Translations under genes and position numbers: made by a program
Notes under the pieces: generated by a model
What the model saw: the letters and a program-made list of their open reading frames with translations, nothing else
Database searches by the model: none
Told to the model about the DNA's origin: nothing
Shown here: piece after piece, positions 58,308 through 64,000 of the stretch
Layout of the letters: each line of letters begins with the position of its first letter
Position numbering within the stretch: position 1 is the first letter of the stretch
NCBI RefSeq assembly: GCF_963921235.1
Contig: NC_086097.1
Location: 127,164,001 to 127,228,000 of the forward strand
Length of the DNA stretch: 64,000 bases
DNA from: Mobula hypostoma
Lineage: Eukaryota
Direction of reading: 5' to 3'

Positions 58308-59228
58308 ATGGAGGCAGCAGTTTGCAGTATGTGGGAAGTCAGGGCGAGCACAATTGTCCCTGATGACTACACCTGTAAAAGGTGCATCCAGCTGCAGCTC
58401 CTGACAAACCGAATTAGGGAACTGGAGCTGGAGCTGGATGAACTTCGGATCATTCGTGAGGCAGAGGCAGAAATTATCAGGAGTTACAGGGAGATAGTCA
58501 CCCCTTAAAGTCAGGAAGCAGGTAGCTGGGTGACTGTCAGGAGAGGGAAGGGGAATAGACAGAATGAGCAGAGCACCCCTGTGGCCATTACCATCAACAA
58601 TAAGTATATCGTTTTGAATACTGTTGGAGGGGACGACCTACCAGGGACAGGTTGCAGTGGTTGCATCTCTGGCACCGAGATGGGACCCTCAGCTCAGAAG
58701 GGAAGGAGGGAAAAGAGGAGAGCAGTAGTGATAGGGGGTTCGATAGTTAGGGGAACAGATAAGAGGTTCTGTGGAAGAGATCGAGAATCCCGGATGGTCT
58801 GTTGCCTCCCTGGTGCCAGGGTCCACGATATCTCCGATCGAGTTCTCAGTATTCTCAAGAGGAAGGGTGAGCAGCCAGATGTCGTGGTCCATGTAGGGAC
58901 CAATGACGTGGATAGGAAGAAGGAGGAGGTCCTGCAAAGAGAATTTACGGAGTTAGGTGCAAAGTTGAAGGACAGGACTTCCAGGGTTGCAATCTCAGGA
59001 TTGCTACCCATGCCACGTGCTAGTGAGGCTAGAAAAGGGAAGATAATGCAGCTAAATACGTGGCTAAGGAGTTGGTGCAGGAGGGAGGGCTTCATGTTTC
59101 TGGACAATTGGGCCTTGTTCCAGGGAAGGTGGGACCTGTTCCGACTGGACGGGTTGCACCTGAACTGGAGGGGGACTAACATCCTTGTGGGAAGGTTTGC
59201 TAGTGCTATTCCAGGGGGTTTAAACTAG
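58308..59228 (+). pseudogene. CR1 ORF1: Zn finger, leucine zipper and SGNH/GDSL-like esterase; one in-frame stop at 58506-58508
   Basis: C..(C)..YTCKRC, LTNRIRELELELDEL, VIGGSIVR (GDS decayed), CLPGARV, HVGTND and DGLHLN motifs. Confidence 0.88.
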
Positions 59229-59230
59229 AT

Positions 59231-62126
59231 TTGCAGGGGGAGGGGAACCAGAGTGTTAGAGCAGATAGTGAGATGGAGGAGGATAAAGGCCATGTGAGAA
59301 CTGCAAGTATAGGGCATAGAGTAAAGCCAGATCTAACATATAAAGAGGCTTTGATGAAAGAAAAACAGAATAAAGGGTGTAAAGGTAGTAAGGTGGAAGG
59401 GCTAAAGTGTGTGTACTTCAATAAAAGAAGCATCAGGAACAAAGGTGATGAACTGAGAGCTTGGATACATACATGGAATTATGATGTAGTGGCCATTACA
59501 GAGACTTGGCTGGCACCAGGGCAGGATTGGATTCTCAATATTCCCGGATTTCAGTGCTTTAAAAGGGATAGGAGAGGGAAAAGGGGAGGAGGGGTGGCAT
59601 TACTGGTCAAGGATACTATTACAACTACAGAAAGGGTGGGTAATGTAGCAGGATCCTCTTTTGAATCAGTATGGGTAGAAGTCAGGAACAGGAAGGGAGC
59701 AGTTACTCTATTGGGAGTATTACATAGGCCCCCTGGTAGCAGCAGAGATACCGTGGAGCAGATTGGGAGTCAGATTTTGGAAAGGTGCAAAAATAACAGG
59801 GTTGTTACCATGGGTGACTTTAACTTCCCTATTGATTGGCACCTGATTCGTTCCAATGGTTTAGACGGGGCAGAGTTTGTTAAGTGTGTCCAGGACGGAT
59901 TCCTGTCACAGTATGTTGACAGGCCGACTAGGGGGAATGCCATACTAGATCTAGTATTAGGTAACGAACCGGATCAGGTCACAGATCTCTCAGTGGGTAA
60001 GCATCTGGGGGACAGTGACCACCGCTCCTTGGCCTTCAGCATTATCATGGAAAGGGATAGAATCAGAGAGGACAGGAAAATTTTTAATTGGGGAAGGGCA
60101 AATTATGAGGCTACAAGGCTAGAACTTACAGTTGTGAATTGGGATGATGTTTTTGCAGGGAAATATACTATGGACATGTGGTCGATGTTTAGGGATCTCT
60201 CGCAGGATGTTAGGGATAAATTTGTCCCGGTGAGGAAGATAAAGAATGGTAGGGTGAAGGAACCATGGGTGACAGTGAGGTGGAGGATCTAGTCAGGTGG
60301 AAGAAGGCAGCATACATGAGGTTTAGGAAGCAAAGATCAGATGGGTCTATTGAGGAATATAGGGTAGCAAAAAAGGAGCTTAAGAAGGGGCTGAGGAGAG
60401 CAAGAAGGGGGCATGAGAAGGCCTTGGCGAGTAGGGTAAAGGCAAACCCCAAGGCATTCTTCAATTATGTGAAGAACAAAAGGATGACAGGAGTGAAGAT
60501 AGGACTAATTAGAAATAAAGGTGGGAAGATGTGCCTGGAGGCGGTGGAAGTGAGCGAGGTCCTCAATGAATACTTCTCTTCGGTATTCACCAATGAGAGG
60601 GGACTTGATGACGGTGAGGAAAATATGAGTCAGGCTGATGTTCTGGAGCATGTTGATATTAAGGGAGAGGAGGTGTTGGAGTTGTTAAAATACATTAGGA
60701 CAGATAAGTCCCCGGGGCCTGACGGAATATTCCCCAGGCTGCTCCATGAGGCGGGGTAAGAGATTGCTGAGCCTCTGGCCAGGATCTTTATGTCCTCGTT
60801 GTCCACGGGAATGGTATTGGAGGGAGGTTGTCCCCTTGTTCAAAAAAAGGTAGTAGGGATAGTCCAGGTAATTATAGACCAGTGAGCCTTACGTCTGTGG
60901 TGGGAAAGCTGTTGGAAAAGATTCTTAGAGATGGGATCTATGGGCACTTAGAGAATTATGGTCTGATCAGGGACAGTCAGCATGGCTTGTGAAGGGCAGA
61001 TCGTGTCTAACAAGTCTGATAGACTTCTTTGAGGAGGTGACCAGTCATATAGATGAGGGTAGTGCAGTGGATGTGATCTACATGGATTTTAGTAAGGCAT
61101 TTGACAAGGTTCCACATGGTAGGCCTATTCAGAAAGTTAGAAGGCATGGGATCCAGGGAGATTTGGCCAGGTGGATTCAGAATTGGCTTGCCTGCAGAAA
61201 GCAGAGGGTCGTGGTGGAGGGAGTATATTCGGATTGGAGGGTTGTGACTAGTGATGTCCCACAAGGATTGGTTCTGGGACCTCTACTTTTCGTGATTTTT
61301 ATTAACAACCTGGATGTGGGGGTAGAAGGATGGGTTGGCAAGTTGGCAGACAACGCAAAGGTTGGTGATGTTGTGGATAGTGTAGAGGATTGTCGCAGAT
61401 TGCAGAGACATTGATAGGATGCAGAAGTGGGTTGAGAAGTGGCAGATGGAGTTCAACCCGGAGAAGTGTGAGGTGGTACACTTTGGAAGGACAAACTCCA
61501 AGGCAGAGTACAAAGTAAATGGCAGGATACTTGAAAATGTGGAGGAGCAGAGGGATCTGGGGGTTACCTCACAAGTAGATAGGATAGTTAAGAAAGCTTA
61601 TGGAGTGTTAGCTTTCATAAGTCGAGGGATAGAGTTTAAGGGTCGTGGGGTAATGATGCAGCTCTATAAAACTCTGGTTAGGCCACACTTGCAGTACTGC
61701 GTTCTGTTCTGGTTGCCTCACTATAGGAAGGATGTGGAAGCATTGGAAAGGGTACAGAGATTTACCAGGATGCTGCCTGGTTTAGAGAGTATGTGTTATG
61801 ACCAGAGATTAAGGGAGCTGGGGCTTTACTCTCTGGAGAGAAGGAGGATGAGAGGAGACATGATAAAGGTATACGAGATATTAAGAGGAATAGATAGAGT
61901 GGACAGCCAGCGCCTCTTCCCCAGGGCACCACTGCTGAATACAAGAGGACATGGCTTTAAGGTAAGGGGTGGGAAGTTCAAAGGGGGTATTAGAGGAAAG
62001 TTTTTTACTCAGAGAGTGGTTGGTGCGTGGAATGCACTGCCTGAGTCAGTGGTGGAGGCAGATACACGAGTGAAATTTAAGAGACTACTAGACACGTATA
62101 TGGAAGAATTTAAGGTGGGGAGTTAA
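59231..62126 (+). pseudogene. CR1 ORF2: APE endonuclease and reverse transcriptase, frameshifted
   Basis: YFN.RSI, ITETW, GGGVAL, MGDFN, LDLVL, SDH, MDFSKAFDKV, VPQG.VLGP and KLAD motifs across ORFs 59231-60292, 60265-60759, 60989-61414 and 61419-62126. Confidence 0.92.
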
Positions 62127-62207
62127 ATGGGAGGCAGGATTTAAGGGTCGGCACAACATTGTGGGCCGAAGGGCCTGTAGTGTGCTGTACTGTTCTCTGT
62201 TCTATGT

Positions 62208-62510
62208 CTGCAGTCTCCTGTCCCTCCTCTTTGACGGTAGCAATGGGAAGAGTGCATGTCCTGGGTGATGGGGTCAATGATGGATGCTGCCTTTTTGAGG
62301 CATCACCTTCTGAAGGTGTCCTAGATACTGGCGAGGCTAGCCCATGATGGAGCTGGCTGAGCTTCCGATTTTTCTGCAGCTTTTTCCGATCCTGTGCAGT
62401 GGCCTCTCTGTAACAGATGCTGATGCAACCAGTTAGACTGCTCTCCACGGTACATCTGTGCAAATTTGCTGGAGTCTTCAGTGGTATAGGAAATCTCCTC
62501 AAACTCCTAA
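62208..62510 (-). mobile_element. Rex1-like RT C-terminal fragment
   Basis: HRCTVESSLTGCISICY...DRKKLQ peptide. Confidence 0.78.
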
Positions 62511-64000
62511 TGCATGCACAGCCTAACGTAGCCGCACACGTAGGTGGTCATCCGGGTGAGGGAGACATAGTTACGTTTTAGCCCCCATTGCTGTGGGACT
62601 TTGCCTCCATTGTCCAGACACTCTAGGGTTGTGATGTGAAGAATTCTTATCATCAGTTCCTTCGTAAACATAATAGGTAGAGTGAACAACTAACAGCTTT
62701 TTAAAGGTTTTAATAAACATTTGTGTAGCCAGTGATCTCATGTGGGAGGTGACCATGTAGCAAGGACTGCAGCACACAAAGGAAGAGCAATTTTAACAGC
62801 TGTGAAGTGTGGGTGTGTCTGCCTTTTGGTTGTAATTGTTAATTTGGCTCCATTACATACTGTATCTTGTACATTAACTCTCAGTAAATCCCTCAAAGCT
62901 CAGTGCACACTTTTAAGTTCTGCTTTCCAGAAGCAAAAAACAAGTTTGATTTGACTTTTAGTTTAATTCAAAGAGAAGGCAATTCATTCCTGGAGCTGCA
63001 GGGCCAGTAAATAAGTGTGTTGTGTTTAGTTTGGATTATATCCTGATCTGTCTGTTTTACTCTTCTTGAAACAGGAAGGCTAAACTTGGGAAATGTTGAC
63101 AACTGATGCAAACCGTAAAGTGGTGGAAACTCAGTAGACAATTCTAAAGTGTGGTAATTGACTTTTTAAACTGTTCACAAAATCACTGGATTTGGTGTGG
63201 ATTGACCACATTTTATAGAATGGGGGGTGGGGTGTTCTGCTTTTATGGTGGGAGGGGTTGCTAAAGGTGAACTGCTTGCAGAGAACATCAAATTCCAACA
63301 GGTGGTGAAGGGTACAAAACAAGGGACTAATCATTAGTTCCTTTAAAAACCTTCATTCAAAGTCCATCCTGTTTAACTCCTTTTTAGACCTGATCCAGCC
63401 CCTCATCTTCCTCTCTTTCCAGCCTGATCCGACATGGTTACAAGGGAATCACTAATTGCAGTAAACAACCTAAATATAATTAATGATAATTGATATAAAT
63501 CACATGGATGCAATTAGCATGAATGGGAATAGTTGCTTAACTCTGCAGATCAGGAAGTTTTATGCAGGAATTTTCCTCCTACAAATTGAGTGGCTGGGCC
63601 AGTTTTGTAGAAGGATTGGATTACTGTTTAACCATAGAAAAGTGCAGCTTTGATGGGTGGGATGGCATTTTCTCATTCCACTTATAATTACTGCCATTCA
63701 GGGTGGGAAAGTTTAATGAGTGGAGTGCTGAAAAGCTGTGTGTTAAACATGGTAGTCATCGGAGAAACAGTGGAATGAAAAACTCTGTGGAGGGAGTTGC
63801 AGGTTTTTGCATCAGTTCTGGTTGTGGCTGACTCATCTTGCTAAATGGTTTGTAAGCCTTTTTGAATGTATAGTAATATGTTTTATAGCTACCACAGAAT
63901 AGACTGCAAGGTGACTTATTGAAGGACTTGCCATTAGAAATATTATGTGCTGTGAATGTATATTCATTTCTTGCAGTAGATTTAAGGTATGAATTGAGTC

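Larger units (their letters stand above)
58045..62207 (+). mobile_element. Near full-length CR1 LINE
   Basis: 5' UTR, ORF1, ORF2 and a TGTGCTGTACTGTTCT..TTCTATGT tail. It sits inside a minus-strand Rex1-like element (tail 57933-58040, RT end 62208-62510). Confidence 0.93.
39216..64000 (+). other. Intron 1 of the BMP7-like gene, apparently extending beyond the window
   Basis: GT donor at 39216. I found no exon-2-like peptide (EF.FDL..IP.GE.VTAAEFRIYK) downstream. Confidence 0.7.

Overview
This is eukaryotic, repeat-dense vertebrate DNA. The repeat content suggests a cartilaginous fish such as a ray, but that is inference. The only host gene I can support is coding exon 1 of a BMP7-like (BMP5/6/7/8 subfamily) TGF-beta ligand at 38789-39215 (+). 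It has a repeat-poor upstream region, and intron 1 appears to run past the window end. The rest is mostly nested mobile DNA. CR1 LINEs include one near full-length ORF1+ORF2 copy and two very young copies. Other retroelements are Rex1/Babar, RTE and Tx1/L1 fragments, two Penelope-like (GIY-YIG) families, tRNA-type SINEs and two solo LTRs. DNA elements are a full-length decayed hAT transposon and a MITE. The most interesting signals are: (1) a canonical U-UUA-AAC slippery heptamer in the correct phase at the CR1 ORF1/ORF2 junction, suggesting -1 ribosomal frameshifting; (2) minimal hammerhead ribozymes in Penelope 3' ends, including short TSD-flanked and inverted inserts; (3) non-coding elements with a YY1-like head and a Rex1-like tail. 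Boundaries of old repeats are approximate and no database searches were run.
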